From positions 97,494 through 161,493 of the forward strand of contig JAGVWX010000020.1 of the NCBI GenBank assembly GCA_018304105.1: 64,000 nt of DNA. The letters run 5' to 3'. The translations under genes were made by a program, and so were the position numbers. Below, one piece after another: positions 1-7,599 of the stretch; the first letter of the stretch is position 1, and each line of letters begins with the position of its first letter. The notes beneath the pieces were generated by a model that saw only the letters and a program-made list of their open reading frames with translations, was not told the origin of the DNA and made no database searches. The DNA comes from Candidatus Pacearchaeota archaeon. Lineage in GTDB: Archaea > Nanobdellota > Nanobdellia > Pacearchaeales > GW2011-AR1.

Positions 1-902
1 GCATGTTGTTTCATGCTTTCGAATCTTTTTAAATGTTTTTCGTTGTGGAAACCAATCTTTCTTGAATAATTCTCAATATCTGCTTTTCGAGTTAAAAATA
101 TTTGATTGCCCTTAATAACTTTTGACGGATTAAAACCAAATCTCAATAGTGATTTCCGCACATCATCCAACAATGCAGGAATATAACTCGTGAAGCAAAT
201 TCTCATGTTTCTATTATTTCTCGAGATATAATGAACCGATCCATCTGTGTCAATAAGTCCTCGTATGCATGAAGAAAGATAGGAATCGTTGTCTAAAATC
301 CATTGGGGAATGTCCTGATTATTTGATTTTTTATTCCCCGCCTTTAACCCCTTTCTCTGAAAAAATTTGACCATCTCTCTCCCATGAACTTTTAGGTACA
401 TGGCATTATTATTTTGAACCTTCTTGATTCGAGGAGTTTGTCTAATAGTCTTTCTCATCAACCCGGTCACCCACCCAGATAAGTATTCAAAGTCCTTGAT
501 AGAATGCCCCGTTATTGTCAGCGAGTAAGCTCTTGTCTTCTTATTTGTAGTTATATATTCTAAATGCCCATCCCCCAGTATTATTCCAATCAATTCAGCC
601 AACTTTTCATTTTCTTCCGGCTCTTGAAATGTCTTAGTATTACCATTTGAGTTAGTTCCCCCAACAGATTTTCCCCAATTGTCATCCAATTTTTCAAGGA
701 GGTATTTATCATAGTTTGTTCTTGCAATCTTATTTAATTTATCATATGCCTCTTTTGAGAGCAGTCTTTTTTCATTCTTTAGCTCAAGTGCAAGATATGA
801 CGGGTTCATTTTCAATTTACTCGCAAGTTGATTCCACGTTAAATCTCTTTTAGCATTCAGAATTAATTCCGTTTGCTTTCCTACGACAAGTTTAATTCTC
901 AT
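1..902 (-). CDS. LAGLIDADG-family homing-endonuclease-like protein, free-standing (C-terminus runs off the window edge)
   Basis: My own minus-strand translation from the ATG at 902-900: MRIKLVVGKQTELILNAKRDLTWNQLASKL... It has two LAGLIDADG-type motifs (LAELIGIILGDGHL, IRGLIDTDGSV) after an HTH-like N-terminus. It is missing from the ORF track because there is no stop inside the window. Confidence 0.8.
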   Translation of the reverse strand, partial: MRIKLVVGKQTELILNAKRDLTWNQLASKLKMNPSYLALELKNEKRLLSKEAYDKLNKIARTNYDKYLLEKLDDNWGKSVGGTNSNGNTKTFQEPEENEKLAELIGIILGDGHLEYITTNKKTRAYSLTITGHSIKDFEYLSGWVTGLMRKTIRQTPRIKKVQNNNAMYLKVHGREMVKFFQRKGLKAGNKKSNNQDIPQWILDNDSYLSSCIRGLIDTDGSVHYISRNNRNMRICFTSYIPALLDDVRKSLLRFGFNPSKVIKGNQIFLTRKADIENYSRKIGFHNEKHLKRFESMKQH

Positions 903-959
903 GAATTATTAAGGCAAAACAGTCTTATAAATTTTTCCTAACCACAGAACCATAAAAAC

Positions 960-1196
960 TTATTTCTTCTTCTTCGCCAATCTTTCAGCCCGCTCAATCA
1001 TTTCTTTTTTCAATCCCAAGAAAACTCCGCCATGCTTCGCCCCGACATAAGTATTCTCTCCCGGCTTGATAATCTTGTTCAGCTCATCCAATTCCACATC
1101 AATATGCGTAACCGTCGCACCGGACTCGCCTTTCAAGTGCACGTAAACATCCGCCTTCCCAATTTTTATCTTTCCTTTTCCCGGTCCCGACATCAT
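960..1196 (-). CDS. hypothetical protein (78 aa), last gene downstream of EF-2
   Basis: ORF with a K-rich C-terminus, same strand as the EF-2 operon. No family recognised. Confidence 0.4.
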   Translation of the reverse strand: MMSGPGKGKIKIGKADVYVHLKGESGATVTHIDVELDELNKIIKPGENTYVGAKHGGVFLGLKKEMIERAERLAKKKK

Positions 1197-1223
1197 TCAA
1201 TAATGCGGATTGAGTTTAAATTA

Positions 1224-1571
1224 TTAACTACCTGAAGTTCTATTCGCTTCCTCGTCAGCAATATCCTTAGCTAACTTTGCCAAACCTTCATAAACTAAAA
1301 CTCTGTCTTCCAATTTTAATTCTCCGCCAACATTAACTAATTCTGCAAAAGCATAGGTATTACTTCTGTTTCCTTGCATCATATCATACATGCGTCTGGC
1401 GTCTATTCGTGCGTTTCTTCTTGCTTCATCAAAATCCCTGTCCCCTTGCCTGCTGCTCTCTGCAGTACCTCTGTACAAAGCGCGATTTTCTGGTTTTTTC
1501 CATGCATTAACATCGCCCGATAGTATAATCAACAACTCTGCAAACCTTTTTGGATCAAATTCTTCTCCCAT
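1224..1571 (-). CDS. hypothetical protein (about 115 aa)
   Basis: The track ORF 1224-1580 uses a GTG start. The ATG at 1571 gives MGEEFDPKRF... No family recognised. Confidence 0.45.
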   Translation of the reverse strand: MGEEFDPKRFAELLIILSGDVNAWKKPENRALYRGTAESSRQGDRDFDEARRNARIDARRMYDMMQGNRSNTYAFAELVNVGGELKLEDRVLVYEGLAKLAKDIADEEANRTSGS

Positions 1572-1616
1572 TGAAAACACTCTTTACTTGAATTAAAAAA
1601 CATTTGTGAAACGCCG

Positions 1617-1642
1617 TTATTGATTCTCCGCCAAACCCTTTC
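1617..1642 (-). repeat. 26-nt degenerate copy of the EF-2 3' end (23/26 identical to 1676-1701)
   Basis: Both copies translate as KGLAENQ-stop. The three differences are all synonymous. Confidence 0.85.
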
Positions 1643-1675
1643 ATTTGGCTGAATGAATGTGAAGACGAATGAGGG

Positions 1676-3865
1676 TTACTGATTCTCCGCCAGTCCCTTT
1701 CTATCTCTTATTTTCTTAATCACATCTGCTTGCAATTCTCTAGGCATTCTCTGGAATTCCTGGTCAGCCAAAGACGAAACTCCTCGCCCTTCCGTCGCAG
1801 ACCTTAAGTCATTGCTCCATCCAATCATTTCAGCGACAGGAATCTTTCCTGTAACAATCACAGTTCCTTCTTCCTGCTCGACATTTATCAAAGTTCCTCT
1901 CTTGCTTGAAACAAGCTGTGTAACTATTCCCATAAAGTCCAGCGGCGCTTCAATCCTATGCGTCTGCACTGGTTCAAACATCGAGGCGCCAGCAGTTTTC
2001 ATCGCTTCAACCATCCCCGCCCTGACTGCAGGATAAATCTGCGCCGGCCCTCGGTGCATGTGGTCAACGTGAATCTTACAGTCATGCAGAATGAATTTAG
2101 TTTTCATCAATGGTTCTTTCGACAATGGTCCGTTATCAACTATAAGTTTCCATCCATCCATTATCGAGTCAATTATTTCCCCAAGCAAGACAATTCCCCT
2201 CGTCCTGTCCTCAAAAATATTTCCTTTGTAAATTTCCCTCACTTGTCTCGCCTCATCGTTGCTCATTCCGCATTGTGACAATTTATCCCACACTTGCTCC
2301 GCTCTTTTCTTCAATCTTTCCTCAGGCAAATCTCCTTGCTCAATGGATTTATAGATTTCATCTTCAAGCGGCTCAATGCTGAAGTCAAAAATGTTATGCC
2401 CGTTCGGAGTTCTGATTTCAATAACCGCGCTCTTTTTCGCGACAGTCTCTCTGTAAACAACAATTGGCGGCCCGGTCTTAATTTCAAGCCCTTTCTCGCT
2501 CTTTATCCTTCCTTCAATAATCTCAAGATGCAGTTCTCCCATTCCTGAAATCAAGTTTTCTCCAGTCTCGTCGTTGATTTCAACTTTAATGCTCGGGTCT
2601 TCTTTAGCAACCTTCCTCAAAACTTCAATAAGCTTTGGCAGGTCCGCAGAATGTTTAACCTCAACTGATTTCGTAATTACTGGCTGGAAAATGTGCCTGA
2701 TTTCCTCGAAAGCACGCTGTTCATTTTCTGTTAAAGTCTCTCCAACATCAATATTCATTCCTGAAATAGCAAGAACATTTCCTGCAGGAACTCTTTCCAA
2801 CTGCTCTGGCTTAATCCCATTGTAAACAAATAACTGCTGAACCCTTCCCTTTTTCTTTATATTATTTGCGTAAAGTTCCATCCCATTAGTTATCGTCCCG
2901 GAGTAAAGTCTTCCAGCGCAAATTTCTTTCTTCGATTTTGAATCAATCACAATTCTTGTAACAATAAAAGCAACTTCTCCATTTGGGTTGCAATGCATAA
3001 GGTCTTGCCCAAACTTGCTGTCTATGTCTCCTCTCCAAATTTTCGGAATTCTGTATTTCTGCGCTTCAAGAGGATTTGGCAAATGCTTGACAGCCATGTC
3101 CAAAATAACCTCATTCAATGGTGCGTTCTCCCAAACCCATTTCTTTCTCTCTTCTTCTTCCATCTCGTAAATTCTGTAAACATCTTTGAAACTAACATTT
3201 TTCTTTTTCATAAAAGGTATTGAAAGCGCCCAGTTCTCTCTTGCAGAACCAAAAGCAACGCTCCCGTCTGCGACGTTAACCTGCCATTTCTCTTTGTATT
3301 CCGGCTCGGCAAGTTTCATTATGTGAATATTAAACTCGTTAATCAGCTTCACAAATCTTTCCTGCATTTGTTCCGGCGTTAGCTTCAATTCCTTAATCAA
3401 TCTGTCAACTTTATTGATAAACAAAACCGGCTTGACTCTTTCTCTCAGCGCTTGTTTCAAAACAGTTTCAGTTTGAGGCATAACTCCTTCAACCGCGCAA
3501 ACCAAAACGAAAGTCCCGTCAATCGCCCTCATGGCCCTAGTTACGTTTCCCCCAAAATCAACATGCCCTGGCGTATCAATCAAATTAATAAGGTATTCCT
3601 GTCCAAGATATTCGTGGGCCATCGAAACATTCGCAGCGTCAACTGTCATCAATCTTTCCTGCTCATCTTTGTGCTGCCAGGTTGCCATTCCTTCATCCAA
3701 GTCTCCCGCGTTCTTCTCAGCCATCAAGCCAGCTGCCGCAAGCAAATTATCAGTAAAAGCGGTTTTCCCATGGTGAATGTGCGCAGACGTTGCTACGTTT
3801 CTGATGTTCTCCTGCTTGGACGTTAATCTTTCAATTTTTTGAAGACTCGATTCTTTCTCAACCAT
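1676..3865 (-). CDS. fusA: translation elongation factor 2 (aEF-2)
   Basis: 729 aa with GTPase motifs AHIHHGKT and DTPGHVDF, full-length EF-2 architecture, downstream of S12/S7 as in archaeal str-like operons. Confidence 0.97.
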   Translation of the reverse strand: MVEKESSLQKIERLTSKQENIRNVATSAHIHHGKTAFTDNLLAAAGLMAEKNAGDLDEGMATWQHKDEQERLMTVDAANVSMAHEYLGQEYLINLIDTPGHVDFGGNVTRAMRAIDGTFVLVCAVEGVMPQTETVLKQALRERVKPVLFINKVDRLIKELKLTPEQMQERFVKLINEFNIHIMKLAEPEYKEKWQVNVADGSVAFGSARENWALSIPFMKKKNVSFKDVYRIYEMEEEERKKWVWENAPLNEVILDMAVKHLPNPLEAQKYRIPKIWRGDIDSKFGQDLMHCNPNGEVAFIVTRIVIDSKSKKEICAGRLYSGTITNGMELYANNIKKKGRVQQLFVYNGIKPEQLERVPAGNVLAISGMNIDVGETLTENEQRAFEEIRHIFQPVITKSVEVKHSADLPKLIEVLRKVAKEDPSIKVEINDETGENLISGMGELHLEIIEGRIKSEKGLEIKTGPPIVVYRETVAKKSAVIEIRTPNGHNIFDFSIEPLEDEIYKSIEQGDLPEERLKKRAEQVWDKLSQCGMSNDEARQVREIYKGNIFEDRTRGIVLLGEIIDSIMDGWKLIVDNGPLSKEPLMKTKFILHDCKIHVDHMHRGPAQIYPAVRAGMVEAMKTAGASMFEPVQTHRIEAPLDFMGIVTQLVSSKRGTLINVEQEEGTVIVTGKIPVAEMIGWSNDLRSATEGRGVSSLADQEFQRMPRELQADVIKKIRDRKGLAENQ

Positions 3866-3963
3866 GTAATCAAACCAAGATGTAAAATTGGGTTTTTAAA
3901 GTTTTAGGGCGTTCAGCTTTCAAAATTCACAAACTTCTTAAAACCTCTTCGCTAAAGTAATTT

Positions 3964-5211
3964 ATGGGGTTTTTCGATTTTCTCAGAAAATCTAACGAAA
4001 AAGAAGTCCTAGTTGAAACTCTGAAACTTTCAGAAGTCGAATTTTTCCTGGACAAAAAATTAGAAGAGCTAAATCATAAACTAGGTCTAAGCATTCAGCA
4101 GACAAAAACAGAAATCTCAGAAGAAATAAGCAGGCTAAAAAACAATCTCGAAAATTTAGCAAATGCAGAGCTCAAAAATAAAGAGATTCCTGAAAGAGCA
4201 AAGCAAATCATGGAAGGGAACAGGCAAATATATATTCAGAAAACAAACACGCTTATTGAAAAAATAATATTTCCTGAAAAATCCAGAGACCTTCTCGAGT
4301 TCACAAAAACCTTTGACAAAGAGTTGGACGCTTTCGACAAGGGCATCTCAAAAAGCCATCACATCATGGAGGAATTCTTCGTTGAAAAAGCGAGCGTCAT
4401 TGCTGTCAGCATAAAAAAAATAGACAAACTTTTCAAAGAATTAAAGAGCGCTATAGAAAGCTCAGACATTTGGAAAATAGAAAAACTAAAGGAACAATCT
4501 TCTATCATAATAAAAGAAATAAGCAGAAAAGAAGAAAACAAAAATACCCTTAACATTTTAGACAAGGAAATCATAACTCTCGGGAAAGAAGTAAAAATTA
4601 AGGAAGACCAAATAGCCAAATTTAAACAAGAAGATTCTTACAGGAAGTATACCTCACAGTTAAATTCTAAAGAAAAAGCCCAGCAAGAACTAATCAATCT
4701 CGAGTCAGTTTTAAGGCACTCCTTTTCAGAGATAGAGCCAGCCTTGAAAAAATACGAAAATCTTTCTCAAAACAAACTTGCTAAAAAATATCTTGAAGAC
4801 CCTCTTGGCGCTTTGCTTGAAGACCAAGAGCTCGAAATCTCAACAATATTTGACGCAATAAAGAAAGCCATAATAAAAGGCGAAATTACACTTAAGGATA
4901 CAAAGAAAGACAGGGTAATGAATGAACTTTTTATTTTAAATAAGGAATTTTTCCAGAATTTCCTAAGCAAACGAACAGAACTCCGAGCCAATCTTTCAGA
5001 AACAACTAAGGAAATAGAAAATTCCTTAATAATAAAATCTCTAGACGAGCTAGAAAAATCACTCTTCCAAGACAAGGCATCTCTTCATGAAAAGAAGTCT
5101 GGCTTTGAAAAGTTGAATAAAGACATTGAAACATTAAATCTCTCAGACCTAGTATCCTCGCTTGAAAGTGAGTTTAAAGAAAAATTAAACCTGAATGTTA
5201 AGATAATTTAA
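3964..5211 (+). CDS. K/E-rich coiled-coil protein, unknown function
   Basis: 415-aa ORF with heptad-like low-complexity K/E/L/I composition. It lies on the opposite strand between S7 and EF-2. Confidence 0.55.
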   Translation: MGFFDFLRKSNEKEVLVETLKLSEVEFFLDKKLEELNHKLGLSIQQTKTEISEEISRLKNNLENLANAELKNKEIPERAKQIMEGNRQIYIQKTNTLIEKIIFPEKSRDLLEFTKTFDKELDAFDKGISKSHHIMEEFFVEKASVIAVSIKKIDKLFKELKSAIESSDIWKIEKLKEQSSIIIKEISRKEENKNTLNILDKEIITLGKEVKIKEDQIAKFKQEDSYRKYTSQLNSKEKAQQELINLESVLRHSFSEIEPALKKYENLSQNKLAKKYLEDPLGALLEDQELEISTIFDAIKKAIIKGEITLKDTKKDRVMNELFILNKEFFQNFLSKRTELRANLSETTKEIENSLIIKSLDELEKSLFQDKASLHEKKSGFEKLNKDIETLNLSDLVSSLESEFKEKLNLNVKII

Positions 5212-5819
5212 CGTGCTGAGTCCGCCTGTTTCTCAGCCTCATTCTTCTTTGACATTGCATAGCTTTCCATATTCTGGCTTGCTGCTTTCATTATTTCATC
5301 CGCTAATGAATCAACCATTTTCTTTTTCTTTCCAAAGCATCTGTTGTAAGCTCCCTGAACCATCCATCTTATCGCCAGGTCAACTCTCCTCATCGGCGAA
5401 GTGTCGACTGACTGCGGATATCTTGCGCCTCCGTGCTCAATGACAGTAATCTCGTCTCGTGGCGAGCCGTTCTCAATCGCCCTCACAAGAACCTGAATCG
5501 GATTTTCCCCGGTTTTTTTCTCAACTATCTTCATTATCTCAATCACCATGCTCATATTTTTGTTGTACTTTCCAGACGCCCAGCTTGTTATGATTCTGTG
5601 TTTCTTTCCAACATGCCCTGGAGTTGCAATCCTGTTGGCAAATCTTTCCATCAAGCCGACTCTCGCCTTTCCAAATCTGTTCAAGTTTCTGCCTTGCGAC
5701 TTCAGCAAAAGTCTCGGCTCAAGATTTATGTACGGCTTCAGCGCAGGATCTTTTATCTCGATGTTCGCAACATCAAACATGTCGAATAGTTTCATTTGCT
5801 GGGTTGTTTGTTCTACCAT
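5208..5819 (-). CDS. rps7: 30S ribosomal protein uS7
   Basis: 203 aa with typical archaeal S7 segments (GKKHRIITSWASGKY, ENGSPRDEITVIEHGGARY). Confidence 0.95.
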   Translation of the reverse strand: MVEQTTQQMKLFDMFDVANIEIKDPALKPYINLEPRLLLKSQGRNLNRFGKARVGLMERFANRIATPGHVGKKHRIITSWASGKYNKNMSMVIEIMKIVEKKTGENPIQVLVRAIENGSPRDEITVIEHGGARYPQSVDTSPMRRVDLAIRWMVQGAYNRCFGKKKKMVDSLADEIMKAASQNMESYAMSKKNEAEKQADSAR

Positions 5820-6124
5820 TATGCAACGACCTCCAATTCCTCATAACCTGCCGCTTTTCTCATAGCAATCGGTCCAAAATCTTCTTTTGAAACTAATTGT
5901 TTGTATCTTTGCATTGAAACTTTCGTCACAAAATCAGCAACATTCCTTCCATTTTCGGTTCTCTGATTATAAACCCCTATTACTCTTCCATAATCTACAA
6001 CATTGTCCTCGTGGGGAAACCAATCGCCATCATTTCCAATTCTAAGGACTCTCAGTTTATCTCCAACTCGCGGTATGCTGTCACCTTCAATATCAACAAA
6101 ACTCAAAAAAACACCGATGCTCAT
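5819..6124 (-). CDS. orphan 101-aa ORF inserted between uS12 and uS7
   Basis: Its start ATG overlaps the uS12 stop (ATGA at 6124-6121). Its stop overlaps the S7 start (TAATG at 5819). No family recognised. Confidence 0.5.
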   Translation of the reverse strand: MSIGVFLSFVDIEGDSIPRVGDKLRVLRIGNDGDWFPHEDNVVDYGRVIGVYNQRTENGRNVADFVTKVSMQRYKQLVSKEDFGPIAMRKAAGYEELEVVA

Positions 6125-6545
6125 CTTCTTCCCTTCTCAATCTTTCCTTTGACAAGTCTCTTCAAAGGCTGATCGTTTACTTTAATTACTCTTATCTCCC
6201 TTGGAACGTCCCTGCTTTCCGCCAATTCTTTCGATTATAACTTCATCGTGTTCATCCACAAACTTCTGCGCGAGATTTCCCGGAATGAACGCGCCAACTT
6301 GAATTCCATTTTTAACGAGCTGTACTTTGCAGCATTTCCTCATCGCGGAGTTTGGCTGCGCCGCCTCTTTCTGAAACTTTTCAATCACAATTCCCTTCGC
6401 CTGGCTAGAGCCTCCAAGCGGGTCCGATTTTATTTTGAGATTAAGCATTTTCGCATTATACATCTTATCGGCCCACCTAAACTGTTTTGGCCCACCTAAA
6501 CTGTTTTCTCTTCTTCGCTAATTTTCTAGCTCCCATCAATCCCAT
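6121..6545 (-). pseudogene. rps12: 30S ribosomal protein uS12 with two reading-frame disruptions
   Basis: Three collinear pieces. [18 protein letters not shown] runs from the ATG at 6545. [52 protein letters not shown]...[11 protein letters not shown] is track ORF 6182-6463. [24 protein letters not shown]-stop lies in the +1 frame and ends at 6121. Total length is 425 nt; removing the 19-nt duplication leaves 406 nt, which is 1 mod 3. Confidence 0.85.
6470..6507. repeat. perfect 19-bp tandem duplication (GGCCCACCTAAACTGTTTT x2) inside uS12
   Basis: Read directly. Copies are at 6470-6488 and 6489-6507. Removing one copy restores ...[24 protein letters not shown]. Confidence 0.95.
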
Positions 6546-6614
6546 GTTATATCCTTAAAGAAATTGGTTTTTAAACTTTCTGCTTTGGAATCAGGAAAAT
6601 CAAAAGAGATTTAA

Positions 6615-6827
6615 ATGATGCCGCCATTTAAAATAAGAGAAGCAGAAATGAGGAGCAGAACAAAAAATCTTATTTCATTGATATCAGGAATAATTTTCAT
6701 ACTTGTTGGATTGAGCGGTACAATTATTAATTTACCGGCATCCAAACCAATTATCATAATACCTATTGTATCCCTTGTTATTGGAGCAATCCTTGCTATT
6801 CTTGGCGGATTAGAGAAATGGCAATAA
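6615..6827 (+). CDS. small membrane protein (70 aa)
   Basis: Two hydrophobic helices. Lies on the opposite strand between uS12 and nusA. Confidence 0.45.
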   Translation: MMPPFKIREAEMRSRTKNLISLISGIIFILVGLSGTIINLPASKPIIIIPIVSLVIGAILAILGGLEKWQ

Positions 6828-7108
6828 ATAAGGATTTAGCCTTATTAAATTTAAAATATCAAGATTATTTAACTTATATCGGAGTAATCTGGACTGTTGC
6901 TATTTCCTTTTTTGTCGCAATTGTTTCTTATCTTTTGGTATCCATACCTAATTTATCTTTCTTAAGGATTACAATCGGATTGTTAATTTTAGTTTTTATC
7001 GAGATAGCGTTCATAGCCATTTACTTTTTCTTAAATACTGAAAAGAACCGCATCAAAGAAAAGATTAGCCATCTCTCCTCGGGAGTATATTGTCCTTCTT
7101 ATCCCTAA
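6818..7108 (+). CDS. small membrane protein (96 aa)
   Basis: Two or three hydrophobic helices. Overlaps the previous ORF by 10 nt. Confidence 0.45.
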   Translation: MAINKDLALLNLKYQDYLTYIGVIWTVAISFFVAIVSYLLVSIPNLSFLRITIGLLILVFIEIAFIAIYFFLNTEKNRIKEKISHLSSGVYCPSYP

Positions 7109-7521
7109 ATAATCTTCAAATCCAAATTATAAGTATCATGAATTATTTTCTTCAGTTCTAGAAATCTTCTTTTGTTTCTTCCAATCAAAGAAGCCTTGTT
7201 CTGATTGTTGCCTGCAGTTATTGTGACACAGCCGTCCCTTGCCTCAACAGCTTTCGGCCTGATAGGAGAAACAACATCTTCAATAAATCTCTTGATATCT
7301 TCAACACCCTCATCTTCCCGAATTATTCTAATCTTCTTCCCAATTTGTTCTTGAATTCTCCTTATATTCACCGCAGAAGGCCCGATTGCTTTCGAGACCT
7401 CTTCTCTGTTTACCGCAAAGAAAATAACCCCGTTGTGAACAAAACATTTTCTCGTCTTCACTCTGGATGTTCTGTCTAATAGGTTAATGTACCTCATTGC
7501 AGTCATGTCAATAACGCCCAT
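7105..7521 (-). CDS. nusA: archaeal NusA-like (KH-domain) transcription termination factor
   Basis: 138 aa with two KH-like segments (IGPSAVNIRRIQEQIGKKIRI, LIGRNKRRFLELKKI). Position downstream of rpoA is the conserved one. Confidence 0.9.
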   Translation of the reverse strand: MGVIDMTAMRYINLLDRTSRVKTRKCFVHNGVIFFAVNREEVSKAIGPSAVNIRRIQEQIGKKIRIIREDEGVEDIKRFIEDVVSPIRPKAVEARDGCVTITAGNNQNKASLIGRNKRRFLELKKIIHDTYNLDLKII

Positions 7522-7599
7522 TTTAATTTGTTAGAACCTTTATATCATTCCTTTTCTTGGCGAGTATATAAATTTATCGCAGACGCCGTTGTCTAGTAA

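Noticed and set aside
1812-3826. Many antisense or alternate-frame ORFs inside EF-2, and likewise inside rpoA, rpoB, nrdJ, groEL, leuS, the P-type ATPase and others
   Set aside because: Each lies wholly within a long ORF that has clear family signatures. They have low-complexity S/F/L/C-rich products typical of shadow ORFs in AT-rich DNA.
6185-6215. Programmed +1 ribosomal frameshift in uS12
   Set aside because: I saw no recognisable shift-prone motif or stimulatory structure, and the same gene also has a 19-bp duplication. Error, pseudogene or heterogeneity is more parsimonious until reads are checked.
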